Assembly: GCA_002633005.1 (NCBI GenBank)
Contig: NMRA01000923.1
Coordinates: 34,805 to 98,804 of the forward strand
Origin: Phoronis australis
Lineage: Eukaryota > Animalia > Phoronida
Length of the DNA stretch: 64,000 bases
Reading direction: 5' to 3'
The notes below the pieces were generated by a model that saw nothing but the letters and a program-made list of their open reading frames with translations, was not told where the DNA came from and searched no databases. Every line of letters begins with the position of its first letter. Positions within the stretch are counted from its first letter, which is position 1. The translations under genes and the position numbers were made by a program. Positions 1-15,600 of this stretch are shown here, one piece after another.

Positions 1-564
1 AATTCAATCAGGCCTGGGCCACTTCATGTTTAAGATACAGTACAGCTGGAGAGTAGCAGCACGATTCAGTCACGTGGAATAAGTTCATGAATGGTCACAG
101 CAAGGGATGTTTTATTTACGGTAACATCTAACCAATTTTAGAAATAAATAATAGCCAAAATTACACTTTTTCATTTTTCAAAGGCGTCTAACTTTGTTGC
201 AACTGCCCACAATTTTTTCACAATATTTGTCTGTCAGCAAGTATAGCAAGAAAAAAACTTGTACATGGCAAAGCACTATTTTGGTACTTTGTATCACTTA
301 AGGAAAACTAAAAGTTCACCTCAGTGTCTGCCATATGGTAATATTTTACCGTATTGTACAGAATACCATACGGTACAAACTACATCGCCACCTATTGTAC
401 AACGTGGAACTACTAATACAGTACAACTCATATGACACTGAACTACATAAAGGAAGTCTTAAAGGCAAGTAGCATCATATGCTGTTTCACACAAGATGCC
501 CCTCCCACTTTTGCATGGACACATATAGCTAAAAGCATAAGTAGTGACACCGTGAATCACTTAC

Positions 565-689
565 AGACGTCCTGTAACTCTTTGTGCTGGTACACTGGTC
601 GGTGACTCCAAAACAGAAACACCTCTTACACTGGCTGCGGTCCAGGGCGTTATCATTGTACAGCGGTGCTGGACAGACGGCAGTTTCAC
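565..689 (-). CDS. HSPG2: First laminin-EGF (domain III) exon
   Basis: ttgtcag|[42 protein letters not shown]|gtaagt; CFCFG motif. Confidence 0.94.
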
Positions 690-3600
690 CTGACAACACA
701 GTATATCAGTGACTAGATTACAAAGCACAAAGTTTGTTGCAGTTTTTGCATACTCTCAACAGTTGTTTGAGGCTACACTTCACCCTTTTAGCTGGCTAAA
801 ACGAAAATGAAATAAGGCCTTTTACTCCCATGATATCGATATCATGAAGCAGGATTCCATTTCCAATACCAAGAAGAACATCAAAACCATGAGCGATTTG
901 AGAAAACGCTTCAAAATTTTAATTAAAATTTCGTATTGTAGCCAGCTACTCACGGTGAAACGCAATAAATCTGCACCTTCCCACAAAAAAACAAAACAAC
1001 TTCTGAGTTAGACCTTTCTTTGTTGTGAAATCGATGTCACCTTCTCCCTTAGGCTAGAAGAGATTTCTAGGCTTGAAAAGAATTGACATGTTGCTATTGT
1101 TTCAGACTAGCCCCATTTAGTTCCTTGTGACGGCGGGTAAGTTTCCAAGACAGTATCAATATGGACATTTAGTTATTATAACCAATTTCAATCATAACAA
1201 AGGATAACATGGTCATGTTGCTTCAGAAGACCAAGTGCACAATTAAAAAAGTAAAGTTTAAAAAACGAGAGCGCTCGGAAGAGCGACACTTGGCGGAATT
1301 AATCGAAAAGACGACAATGAGAGCGACGACGACAATCATGACGATCAAGGCGGCAATAATGGATAACACGGTAACATTCATGTGACTAGTGACGAAATCA
1401 AATAGAGAGCATACAATGAACTACAATAAAGAACAATCGATGGCGCCACATGACTGTCCAGTCTACAGTAGAACAGTGCTGGCTGGGTCAGTCTGGGTCA
1501 ACTAGGCATAATCAAAACAAAGTGAACTGAAAGCCAGCCAGCTGAGTGCATACGTGACCGATGGAACAACGGTATCCGAAAATCTCGAATAATTCAAAAA
1601 GTAGACGTCGCAGCGCAAAATGGAAATTATCATCTGAAAGCCCGTTCAAAACTATCTAAAGTGGTAGTTTGTCAAACACGATAACATTCATGTGACTAGC
1701 AAAAAATCAAATAGAGAGCATACAATCAACTACAATAAAGAACAATAGATGGCGCCACATGATGGTCCAGTCTACAGTAGAACAGTGCTGGCTGGGTCAG
1801 TCTGGGTCAACTAGGCATAATCAAAACAAAGTGAACTGAAAGACAGCCAGCTGCGTGTGACCGAAGGAACAACGGTATTCGAAAATCTCGAATAATTCAA
1901 AAAGTAGACGTCGTAGCGCAAAATGAAAATTATCATCTGAAAGCCCGTTCAAAACTCTATCTAAAGTGGTAGTTTGTCAAACACGATAACATTCATGTGA
2001 CTAGCAAAAAATNNNNNNNNNNNNNNNNNNNNNNNNNNNNNNNNNNNNNNNNNNNNNNNNNNNNNNNNNNNNNNNNNNNNNNNNNNNNNNNNNNNNNNNN
2101 NNNNNNNNNNNNNNNNNNNNNNNNNNNNNNNNNNNNNNNNNNNNNNNNNNNNNNNNNNNNNNNNNNNNNNNNNNNNNNNNNNNNNNNNNNNNNNNNNNNN
2201 TTTTTTTTTGAAATTCAAAGTCAAATAACTCGAAAACGGTAAATCTGAGAAATACGCTCTCGCAGACTTTTTGAAAGGCCATACTTCAAGGAATCCACAT
2301 GCAAAAATTCACGTCATTTGCTCTTCCCATAAAAAATGCGACACGAAAGCGATTGAAACCGTGTGAACATGCGCCACAGCCGCCATCTTGAAAGTGATTT
2401 CCGGTTCAATAATTTTTTATATAAGCTTATTAAACTCAACAAACACGTGACCAGTTTGAAAGTGATTGGTTTGCAATTGCGCCCTCTACAGGAGAAAACG
2501 TTTTTAGCCATATTTCGGAGTGCGCATGCGCCACGTCCAATATTTCCGCCATCTTTAACCGGAAGTCAACGATTTTCTGCACAATTGTAGCACATGCGTT
2601 CTAGTATATTCGTACTGATTTTCAACCATGTAGGTCGAAAAATGCGGCCTCTACGAGTATTTGACTGTGAAATCAGATACAAAATGGCCGCCACGTCCGC
2701 CATTTTGTATCCGATCATGACCAAAAACAATAGCGTTCCAGTGATTCCCGATCTAAATGTTGGGTGCAAATTTCGTGAAAATCGGACCAGAATTGCGACC
2801 TGTAAAGAGCGAACAAACAAAAAAAAAAAATTGCTGTCAGAGCAACATACTTGGCGAAAGAATTCCGCCAAGTAATAAAATAATTGCAGGTGGTCCGGCA
2901 CACGTTGTTCCAGATATGTACAGTCCGCTCAGGTGGACCCACTACACCAATCACCTGGAACCATTTTTATGCTATATTAACGTACAGTTAAAATGAGATG
3001 AGGAGCTACAGACCTGACTAAAGGGTCTAACAGTGTGCCCCAATGGGACTTGAACCCACGACCTTGAGTAAAAGGAAGCAGAGACTTATCCCACACTGCT
3101 TCCTGCCAGAAGTTCTTAACATCAGAATGCATTTTTAAGGTTTTAAAAGTAAAGAGATAAAGTTTCTATTACTTCAACAGTCTTTACGTATAATCTTAGA
3201 GCAGTATAAATGTGCAGTACAACAACTTACAAAATCACAACCTCAGTATGCAATTACGAGAGTATAATAACTTGCTTAAAACAAATGTTCGCCAATGGGA
3301 TTGCTGACCCAACTGGGTGAGACAGGGCTCGATAGAAATCCAATTAAAATCAGTGTGAACCTATACATACTTTTTACGATCAAGATGGCATCAGGCTGTG
3401 CAAAAATGCTTCCCTTCCCGTTGATTGCCTCGCACGTGTATGCGCCTTGATCAGTCAGTCTAGCCTGCCTGATGGTTAGTACCCCACGACCATCCTTACT
3501 CTCCTGAGTCACCCGAGGTTCCTCTCCCACATGACCCCAGTTTAACCTCCATGTGATCAGCGGTGGGGGTGTGCCAATGGCCTCGCAACTGATGGTGACG

Positions 3601-6600
3601 GTGGCGCCAATGAACACCTCTACAGTGGGGTCAGGGGCCTTGGTAACCTGGGGACTCACTGCAAGAGGGAGGGTGACCAGATAACTATATCATCGTCAAT
3701 AACTAAATATCAATCAGTTAATACAGCTACAAATGTAACAAGAGCAAGATAAAGCCCATTACAGTAGTCTCTATTCAATTTGCCTATACATAGAAATTTT
3801 TCTGTTTTTCAAATACAGAATACAGTTATTATAAAATGAATAAAATTCTTACCCAAATATTGTCTTGAGTCACCAGTGCAGAACAAATCAAGGAACAACA
3901 ATTTAAGCACAATGTCAATATAAAATTCCCTTGTCAACATTGTGTTCTAAATCGTTGTGAGCATTTACCCTATGGTATGTGAATTAAGAGATGCAATAAA
4001 GCGTAGATTACACTTCGTCCCAGCTGACAGATACACTTACAGCATCCCCTCTCATCCGATTGATCATCACAGTCTGGTTCCCCGTCACAATGGTAACTTT
4101 TGGGTATACACTTGCTTCTATCAGCACAGCGGTACTCATCACTGCGGCAAGGTGAACCAGGCGGAGCGACAGCTGAAACATACAGTAAATACACACAGGT
4201 TTAAGGCGGGTCTAGAAATTAAGGTTCACCACCTCTTTGAACCAAACTATCCAATTGGCCAATAGCTAACCATTACGTTAACTTAACACAACTCATCCCA
4301 GTAACTTGACAACACCATAATTATGTTTTAAGTGAACACAGTATCAAATCTATTTGGGTTAATGCCTAGGTACTCTAAATTGAACCTTAAACTTAGGGGG
4401 TGGGCTTCATTCGATTACAACTGAGCATAGGTGTTCAATAATTGAAACTTCGGGGGTGGGTTTTTGTCAAATATGGGCACTTGCATCGGATGGCGTAAGC
4501 CTTTGAATGTGAGAATGATAACTTACGACAGTTGAGTTCATCTGAGTTGTCACCACAGTCATTATCTCCATCACAGCGCCAGACTTTGGATGCACACTTG
4601 CCATTCCTACATTTAAATTCATTGGGCTCGCACATATTGGGCGTGCCTGAAAAAGATGCCAAGCTCTCTATACAGACTCACTATACTACAACAATGGCCA
4701 TCAAACATCTGTTTACTTTAGTTTGTATTAGTCAAGTCCATACAAAGGTTTGCCTGTTGGTTACCAAATCTAAGTATTATGTCAAGAGGAACCCACTAAA
4801 AACGGAACCACATTTCATGTCATGGTACAATGATTTTCTCTGCTATTTCTAATTTGGGAAGTTCAGCTGACTGATGATAGCACTGTCTGCTCCTATCAGT
4901 TATGTGTGCATAAAACATAAAAGTTTGACAGGGACTACATTCTGATGACGCGAAAATCTTATGAGCAAAGCTAGTGTGATCACGATTTCTTGTAATGCCT
5001 GCATAGTCTTGTGTATTTGCAAGTATTCAGTGCCACTGCAAGTATTCAGTGCCACTCTACAGAATAAAAACCTGGTTAACGTACATAAATAGCTCAACCA
5101 GAATAAGCCTTTATCATCTAAGTATTCTCAAAGAATTCAGATTAGAACAAGGGAGCATTACATGAAGTGAAGAGATGGTATGTAGAGTGAACCCAACTAA
5201 GTCATCAAATGTACCCGTAATGGAAAAACACGGACCATCTCCAAAACATGACATTCACACACAAAGTTTTAGTAATCAATTAATATGACCTCTTTGTGAC
5301 ATGACACAGCTCAAATATATATAAATAAAGACAGCCTACCACAGGTTCGTTCATCGGAGTTATCATTGCAGTCCGTGACACCGTTGCATAAGGCAGATCG
5401 TGGGATACACTTGCCATCTCCGCATCGTGCCTCATCTGCACGACAATCTGTGGTTGGCGGCCTCGTAGCTGCAATACAAGGAGAGGACAGTGTCACATAA
5501 AGAACTGCTTAATGTAACAAGTCCTCAGCTAGCCATGGTTGACCTCTTACTTAATCCTGCATTTTGCCTCGTTGTGGTGTTTAGCTGGCAAAAACAAAAA
5601 TCACTTTAGGCCCGTTTCTCTCATAAAATCAGTCTCAAAATATTCCTAACCATTATAGGATTCTATTTCTGATACCAACAGGTGATGCATACATGTGCCA
5701 TTTGTGAATTCGTAATTTTGGGGTTGGCCCAATTAACTATGAAGTGTTTTCTCGAGTCGCTGACGGTTTCGATGTTCCTCCAAAATAGAAGCCTATCACA
5801 GTAATGAATATTTTGAGACCGATTCTATGAGAGTAAAAATCCTGAAATGATTATCGTTATTTGGCCAACCAAACAGGGCGAATGAAGCTTTTAAAAAAAT
5901 AGAAAAACCAGTTCAACTTTTAAATTAGTTGTTGATGGTCACACACCATACAGATGCTGCTGAAAATGAATTAAAATTTCTAATTAATGATCCTGATGAC
6001 AATTAACAATCTTAATCTCACTTACTTCAACTTAATTTTCAACTATTGTCAAACCAATGACAAACACAAGACGATCATTAGACAATTGTCAATATTAACA
6101 TATATCGCGTACGTCTTGTCAAAGGATCAACTGAGAGTCTGACGTTAACAGAGCCACTCTGGGGTGATCCCTGGGCTTCACAGGAGTACACTCCGCTGTC
6201 ACCGGGAGACACTCTGGCAAAGTAGAGTCGCCCATTGACATCTGATGCACCAGCTGGAAGGGCCTGCAAAATGGGAGGGTTTACAGTTGTATCGTCATGG
6301 TTACCGAGAAGCCAGCAGGAGGCACAGGGATTACTCATCCACGGTATCATCATAATGAATGAAGACATTGCAAAATCAGACTTAATTCTCAAACCGGAGC
6401 AATTTGCACACAACTCTCTCTGTAAATTGTGTTCATACAAAAAAATGATGGTATATTGACCAAGGTCATCATCAAGTTCTTGGCATTAGCTGCATTGTGA
6501 GCAAGTGTGTAAGACAACGTCGCAGGTGAAGAACATAAGGTGAAACTAATCACTCAAGCTGAGGATTAGAATGAAGGCAATTGAAACGTAGTTAACATCA

Positions 6601-9600
6601 ATTATATAAATAAATGTGGCCCTTAATATTAAAGCGGTATAACATAGTATTTTGTCAAGAACACACCGGGGAATAAGAAAAAAATAAAACTATTACAAAG
6701 CTGTTCTACAGTGTGTATTGAGGGGTATTTTGTTACTATATTTACAGTATAGACCATTGGATGCAAATAACCTGTACCTGTCCATCTTTGGTCCATTTCA
6801 AAATGGCAGCGCCACCTGTGGCCGAACAGGTAAAGCTAGCTACACCACCCTCATCCACACGCAGAGTTCTCGGGTCAACGCTCAGCTGAATACCTGAAAT
6901 GACCATTGCGGTTCAGTATGCACTTACATTTTACAGGTGAGCAAAGGAGCCACAGACATGGCCTGTTTAATTAGTGTTATTGAGAGTGAGTTCACATACT
7001 TAAATGAACTTTGTGACATTAGTTAAATGTGACCACAGATTTAGTAGAAGAGAACCAACAAAATAAACAAATTGTAAAGCAACCCACTTTAGATAAATCA
7101 GTGCATGCATTTATCAGACACCATGTTATAGTCATTGACATCAAGTTGAAATAATGAAAAAAACAGTAGTTTTATAAGACACAGAGCACGTGTGTTGTGA
7201 AGACTACAATCGTGTTAAAGTGAAACCTACGGCAGTTGAGTTCGTCAGTTCTGTCGATACAGTTCCTGATGCCATCACATTTGCCAGAATCAGGTACACA
7301 ACGTCTGCCGTCACACACAAATTCACCAGGACGGCACAGGCTGGTGGAGGCTATAGTGGAGGGGAACATGTGATACTGAGTGATGTGAAGTAACATGGGC
7401 AGACATATCACAGTGATGGAAGAGAGGGAGATATCATACTGTGTGAAGTGATATGAGCATATACAGAGAGGTGGAGGCTGCGGTAGAGAGAGACACGTGA
7501 TACTGAGAGAATGAAGTGGTATGAACACATATAGAGTAATGGAGGCTGTGGTGGAGAGACACCTGATACTGAGTGAAGTGATATGAGTGGTGGAGGCTGT
7601 GGTAGAGAGAAGGACATGTGATAGTGAGTGAAGTGATATGAACACACACAGAATGATGGGAGCTGGGGAGGAGGGAGGGACATGTGATACTGAGTGAAGT
7701 GGCGCGAACATTATACAGAGTGATGGAGGCCGTGGTGGAGAGAGAGAGAGAGAGAGATGTGATACTGAGTGAAGTGGAATTAATATATACAGTGATAGAG
7801 GATGTGGAGGAGAGAGACATGATTGTGATACTGAGTGAAGTGATATGAACACATACAAAGTGATGGAGGCTGTGCAGGAGAGAGGGACACGTGACACTGA
7901 GTGAAGTGACATGAGCACATACAGACTGATGGAGGCTGTGGAGGATAGAAGGACATGTGATACTGAGTGAAGTGGTATGATCAATGATGAAGGCTGTGGT
8001 GGAGAGAATGACATGTGACAAGGAACACACACAAGGCAGGCTGATGAGGTCCTCTGTAATAACTGTGAATATTTTTCTTAAATGTTACACACAAATGTTA
8101 TTGTGAACACTAAAGTCAAGAACATTTGGAACACTATTAAGTAGTTAACATCTGCCACGGCATCGCTTCCGATAGTCAGGTTTCAATAAAGACCAATTTT
8201 GAAAAACATGTTTTTACATAACCCACTCATCACACACCCAACCGAGAAGTCTGTCCAGAAATGATTAGCTAAACACCTTCACCTTGCAAGTAATCTTGTT
8301 TCAAACACATATATCTGATTTTGAGATGCATGGGGCACTGCTTCGGTTAAAGCACACAAAACGAGTACAACACAACACCGAAAGGCATCACATTACAAAT
8401 AACACTACTTACCATATCCACGGAGACAGGAAAATAGATTAAACACGATAAATAAGAAACAAGTTATTTGATAAAAAATCTTTTACAAGACGGTTACAAA
8501 CAGTGCGACGAGAATCTTTAGGAATCCTCAGATTATCTATGACACATGGGAGGCACTTTGCTAAATATAAATACATAGTAGACAAATTTCTAGGAAATCA
8601 GTCCACTTACGGCAGTTGCTTTCATCTGAACCGTCAGAACACTCCGGCCGTCTATTGCACACGCTCGATTTTTCCAGACACTGACCGTCACCACATCTAA
8701 ACTGGTCAGACCGACACGCTGCAAAACACAGCTAAATATTAACAAGCAAGAATTTGTCCACAATACAACCATACCATATAAGAAAAGCAAGGGTTACTCG
8801 GTGCATTCCACAAAGCAGTTAAAATGCATGCAATCTGAAAATGAGAAATGAACGGGTTATTTAAAGATTAGAAAGGTGAAACCTAGAAAAAACGAAATTA
8901 GTTGTGGAACAAAGAATGAGGTGGCGAGGACTAGTTGAGCTGGTACTGGTTTGTCCAGCTTCATATCAACAGAACATGATCACAAGAGTAATCGTGAACA
9001 AGAACAAAATGAAGACAACAAATGAACAACACCAAGCAGCAGGTTGGTTTTCCAACAAAATGCAACATAAAATATAAGGACTATCCATATAAATGCTAAG
9101 AACGATGACGGATACTGGAATTAATAAGCGAACAGAAATGCTTACCTAATAATACTTTTGAAAATGAGTTGACATACACAAGAACTTTTGAATCAGAAAT
9201 CTAACAGGGCACAAGCTTTCAAGACTTCCAAACTTCCCCCATTCAGATAGGCCTACAGTACATCAGTGTATATCCCCTATGTGTACACCGCAGTGTTATT
9301 AGCACACATAATAGCCCACAAACAATGAGAAATGAAGCACAGCACACTAGAGGCAAGACAAAGTTTCCATTGAAGCGTCAGGTCCGCTCTCCCATCAGAT
9401 CAAGCAGGCGGGTCAGGGTAAACACGACACTTACGACAGTCAAGTTCGTCAGTGTTGTCGGGACAGTCTCGACGACCGTCACAACGCCGGCGATTGTCTA
9501 TGCATGGACCGTTCTCACACCTCCACTCATTGGCTGTACACGTCTGTTCACCTTGAAACAACATGCGGTATGTGGAACACCATCATTAGGAAGCATCAAA

Positions 9601-12600
9601 AACACACCACAATGGGAGAAGTTGCTTGGCAACAGCTGATCTCTATCACACAAAGCAGGAGGTTGTTTTCATAGTCACAAAAGACCTGGAGATGTTGCTA
9701 GGCAACAGCTGACCTCTGTCACACAAAGCAGTTTTGTTTTCATACTAGAAGACCTGACATCGAATTTTCACAAACAACCGATTTTAAATATTGAGAAAAA
9801 AATAAGGCAAAATATCACCAGTTTAGATTTTCTGCTTTTTTTTCAGCATGGCAGACAAGCAGGACCGCATTCCTTCTGCTACATAGTTATTGCTGTACAA
9901 TATTTTGAGAAATTGTGGGTACTTGTAGCACCCAAAGCACCACCAAGTAAAGAGTAACAACTTTTGGTGAGAACCCAATTGAGATTTCACTTTACATAAC
10001 ACCATCACTTAAGCATACATTATTTCAATGATGTGCACACTGTTGAAGTTGTTAAATGCATTCCTCTGTTACCTATATCACAATAGGAAACAAACACACA
10101 GTATTTCTAAGTTACATTTAGTTATCACATTGTTTATACTATATTAACATGAGTTCATTGCTGCTCATCTAAGCACAATACACTCGACTAATGAAACTGT
10201 AAATCTAAGGTCCAATGTGTTAAAGTCACTACAAACTGGCGCAGGGTTACTGTTTGTAGCTGAAGTTACAAATAACATGCAAGTCACAATTTTCTACAAT
10301 GAATATAAGCACTGTAACAACACTCGATTCCAAGGCTTCTGGAACTAAAAGGTCAATCAACATGTTAATGACTATGATGGGGGCGATGCCATCTTTTGGT
10401 TAACCTGAGCATTAGTGGATGAAGCGGGCGGAGGTTGTGCCACTTACTGCAGTCGCGTTCATCACTTCCATCTCGGCAGTCGACACGGCGGTTGCAGCGA
10501 CGTTGTATGTCTATACAGCGTCCTGAAGTGACACACCGGAACTCTCTGCTGCTGCAACGCTGTGGCTGTACAGCTACAGAAACAGTGAACATGTCTCAAA
10601 GACGGTGTTAATACACAAACTATATTTCTGTTATCGAACACCACCTGACTCACAAAATACCTCAATACATAACTGACATGTTTCATACAACCCACAGATA
10701 TTCACAGGTAATGTTGCAGTCATCAAAATATGCAATATGCAAATTTATACTCGTTCCTTGGTTCACAAACAAAAGACATGACTCAAGAGGACAGATTAAC
10801 AGTTGCACACTAAGAGGCAGCACTGCCTGCCAACCCCTTAGCACTGTCACTTGACTGAATACATGCATTGATCTCTGTTCCAACAGACAGAGAACACATA
10901 CCACAATTGTACTCATCAGAGCCATCTCGACAGTCGCGACGACGATCACAGCGACGCCTATTGTCAATACACTGACCAGAGCGACAGCGGAACTCAGCAT
11001 TGGTGCAACGATTTGATGCTAAAGGAAAAATCAAATTTACATTTCATGGCAGAACCCTGAAAGCAATACCTTAAAACACTTAAAAATAAATCTCATTTGA
11101 ACCATTTGGCAAGACGGTCACAAAATGTGTGGCATAGCTTGACTACATTTGATTCACTCTCCCGGCGTTTAAGTTAGGTCAGCCGTCAACACCACCTGAT
11201 TGGTTTGTAAGCTGGAAGTCGTCAGAGGAAACCAATGAAACAAATGTTAAGGGTAGATTCGAGTTGCAATCCGTAGACCCAGATCATTTATAAAGCGGGA
11301 AGAAATCTTCACTTATGAAATTTCTAAACGTTGAGTTCAGTATCCCTTCAACATTTCAGCCAACCTCTTCAGTGGCGGCCATTTTATTAGGGATATGCTG
11401 GTAAGCTCACAAGCATAATTCCAGAAACACTCGCCTTTTCCACAAAATGGCAGTGATAAAATCTCAGGGACCAAAAGGACCATAGCCTGGACGCTTTTTT
11501 TGTCATAATTAATTTAAGTAAGCTACCTCATCAAAAGCGTGAAAAGTGAAAATAAACATCTTGGTTCATTTGGCAGTTCTTATCTTAATGACGTCAGCTT
11601 AACATGTGTGGGCAGGAAATTGGATGTCCACTGTTAGGAGAGAGATTCCGTACTTGGGACAGTCAATCTCAACGAAACTGCATAATGACTCGTGTGATTA
11701 TGTGTAGTCTCATGTGATCTTCGTCTTAGCAAGATTCTTACGGCTACCGAAATTACGCCGGGAGAATGAACACGAGTTTATCTAATCTAACCTAATCTGA
11801 CACACGAGCCACAGTTCATTTCCAGTAGGCATATAGAACTCTAGTTTGAATGTACATTTAATATATGCAGAGTATAGAATAAACATGTTCCAGCAAAGCC
11901 ATCACCAGTGGGGTAATAACAAATTTATTTTTCATCAAAATAGTGCAGGAGCAAGCAGTGTGCCCATGACCTGTCAATCTGCGTGGACCTGTCAATCACA
12001 ATATGACAGTGCTGCTCATAAGTCACAGGATGGCCCCAAAAAGACAAAATCAAAAATTAATTCTAAACATAAATCAATTTATTTTTGGTAGGGCTAAAAA
12101 TATGCAATCTTTGGGTGATGTTTCCACAAAGTATTTAAAATCATACGAGTCGAACTGACAGAGTTTGAAACTTTACAAGAAATTTTGCAGGTTTCTTTTT
12201 GGAGTCATTCTGTTGCATATAAAGATGTGATCCCAAGCTGCAGCCAATGTATATCTATCAATCTGAATGGTCCAGCTGTCAAAGCCAGGCTACCAACACT
12301 TACATATTGTTATCTCGAACAATTCTGCTACAAATTCAGACAAATGAAATGAACACAAGACCAGACAAACACTGGACACAGTAAAACATCAACAAACAAA
12401 GCAATTACAGCAACTTAGTTAACTCAAAATAAATGAGAAATCACATTAGGATAAGCTTGAGAAATTAAGTGAAGCTATCAGGCTTATAACACAGGCACTT
12501 GAGTTTATCTGTTCCTCGATCACATCACGATCACATCACGACTGACATCACTCACTTCTAAAAAAACATAAAGGTTGGACACCCACAATCTGCTCAAAAT

Positions 12601-15600
12601 TTCCAATCAAATATGCATGGAACTCTACAAAACCAGCACTGAACAAATCTTTGAATACTTTTTTCATTTGATCTCTTCCAATTGCCTTCAAGTGGTGATT
12701 TGACGACAGAAAATGTCAAAAAACACCAAAATCACAATTTCAAGGACCTCATTTTGTGACGCAAGACGTTGATGGCAGACGAGCATCCGGGTTGTTGGCG
12801 GACGACTCCCAAAGCAATTCCAGAGCTGTTTTCGCGCACCCACGAATGTTATTTGAGTGCCCTCCACGTAATTTAGTATCAATTTGAATGTAATTAAACT
12901 CTGATTATGCAAACATTGTTTATAACCCTGGAACCACGGGTTGCTGGCTTCTAACGCCTACTGCGAAATCTGCCATTCACCAATGATGATTTACCGCGAC
13001 TAAACGTGTGGTCAGACATCGGAAATGTTCGTTGTGCTTCAACAAAGAGTAGCATATAATGTCAAGATCAAACACAAGATATGCTGGTTCTTGCATATAA
13101 GTTCTAGGTTAAGGGTTAAAATGAGCTATATGAAACAAATTACACTTAAGTGGAAGGTTAATTTTAATAACCTCAATTATTGAAATTGGGGATAAATTTC
13201 TTGACTTTGACGAAGGGGTTGCTTGCTCAAACTCGAAATTTTGTCTTCAACAGGCGTGAAAGATAAAGCAGAACTGAAATCCGCCATGTTAACTATTTTA
13301 GGTCCTTGAATTCAGAGTTGTGAGTTTGTTTTGAAAATTTCGTCGCCAATTCACCACTCACAAGGATAATTTAATGAAATCTAGGAAAAATAAGTCTACG
13401 GAGGTTTATGCAATACCAGTCTGAGAAAGATGCAGGGAGATTTTATTTGGATTTGGGACAGTTGAAGTTGGTAGCCTCGGCTCGGCAAAGTTTTAGTGTC
13501 CAACCTTTATGTTTCTTATAGATGGTTATGAGTCATCGAGAAATTCGAGTGCCTGTGGCTTATAATAGATGTCACAAAACTCTATCATCAGCACCTAGCT
13601 TTAGTACAAAGCATGTTAATATATTATACAAAAACTCATATGATTAGATTGTCCAACTGCCACGACAAAGAAATTCTAAACGTGGGGAAGGGTCGGTAAA
13701 AGGAAACCCACTTATTCAGAGAAGAGACTCAGAGAAAAGGAACCCAACAACAGGAAGTCTCCACTCTTTTGTAAAATTAATTTCCAGACACATCACCACT
13801 TCATAAGGAATAATTTCATAATCCTAACTCTTCCATAAGAGTTCCTAGACAGTCCTCTTTTTAAACACACGAAACACTTAACATGAGAAGAGGGGACATG
13901 CTGTCAAAAACGAGTACTGAACATATTCTGTAATGGAACTATTAAATACAGATGGGATCAAAAACCTGAAGTGAAGATTGTTGTTAGTAAGAAAAAGGAA
14001 TTTTCTGAACAGATTTTCTTAGTGAACCCTTTAGAAAAGAGGAAATCAAATTGGAAAAGGCATTTTTGTAAGATATTTTGTCGAAATTGCACCTTTTTCT
14101 GGGGAAAGTAGTCATGATAAAGTCACCCATCAGTGGTAGCTCCCGCACACCTCTTCTGGGAGAAACCTCCAAGTTCAAAATCTACCAAACCGACAAAAGA
14201 CATAAACCTTTTTGGGGAGGAAAAGAGGGTAAAACATCAAATAGGCCGTGAATGGACTTTAAGCATTGGTCACGTTAGATCGAGTGTTCTAGCGTTCTTT
14301 AAAATCAGCAGTCACTACATCCAAAGAATGAGCAGCTCTTAAACCAACTGGTTTATCCAGTCTCACTGCACAAGAAATTAATAATCTAAAGCTATGGGCA
14401 AGACATTTTGCTGGGAAGCCTGTGTAAGATCGCAAAGCATGAAATACACCATTAGGAGTTCACACAATTCTGTGAAAGAGCTGTCAAAGGTTAAGGGCGT
14501 GAACTTACTGCAGTCCAGCTCGTCAGACCGATCGCGACAGTGCGGATATCGATCACAACGCTGAGCTCGACTAATACAGGATCCATCTGAACAGCGGAAC
14601 TGGTCAGATCTGCAACGTCTTCTCACTGACAAGTAGAAGTAAGTGAACAGTAGAATGATGTTTTACTCCATTAGTTTACTAAGTAACTGATAGGTGGAGG
14701 CATGAGCTGGGCCCGATGTACTACCTCACGCTTATTACCGAGATGAAATGCTCGTCTATAACAGATGACACAGAGAGCAGAGGAAAAAATAAGAGAGAAA
14801 GTGAAGAATAAGTGACAAAAAGATAAATAATAACTAAAACGTAACATAATTTACTATGCTAAAGGGAGAGTTTGGAATAAAACCAGTTAGACAAAATAAA
14901 AAACTATAGAACAGAACAAAAGGAGAATACATTGGCAGACTTCAGTGACAACTTGATAGAAAAAAAAATAAGTTTCATTGTTAGGTTGATTAAAACCAAC
15001 TCCTATACTTAGTAATTTTATCTGTTCTCAGACCGATGGTGTAATTTTCCATATTATTTTGATTGCAACTTATAAGAAATGTTTGAATCTGAAACCATGT
15101 TTACACCGATGACTTCAAAATGATTTTACCGTAATTGTTTGGGGTTAATTCGATTTAGGAAGGGTAACAGTCACTTACAGGTATCCCACATTCTGAGAAC
15201 CAGTTTTCTCCACTGGATATCGGGCATCAAACTGGTTCTCAAATATGGGACCCCTATAAGTGACTATTGCCAAATGGACCTAATCAAAACCAATCCTTAC
15301 TCTGTGAAAAGTGCACAACAGAATCAATTGGACGTAGGTGGGGGAAGCCATATTTTCCGGTATACTTGCACATGTGCAGATCTAAGTTTCTGTGTCTACC
15401 TTTGGCCAAGATCGTTGGAAAACAGTAGCAATCTTTTCCAGCACCTCATCGTCATCATGAGAATATTAACCAAATAAAAACTAAACATGACCTTGAAAAC
15501 AATACAACTGCTCGTCATTTATAACAGGAAGCACTTGCCAGCGAGATGAGAAATGAGCATGCAGCACAGTCCCTAAACCAATATTGTTTTTGTAATGTAA

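Noticed and set aside
1961-2282. ORFs full of X
   Set aside because: Artefacts of the N gap at 2013-2200.
3030-3105. tRNA gene
   Set aside because: Only a T-arm/B-box-like motif; no cloverleaf.
7408-8030. Long overlapping ORFs as an independent gene
   Set aside because: Products of a stop-poor minisatellite.
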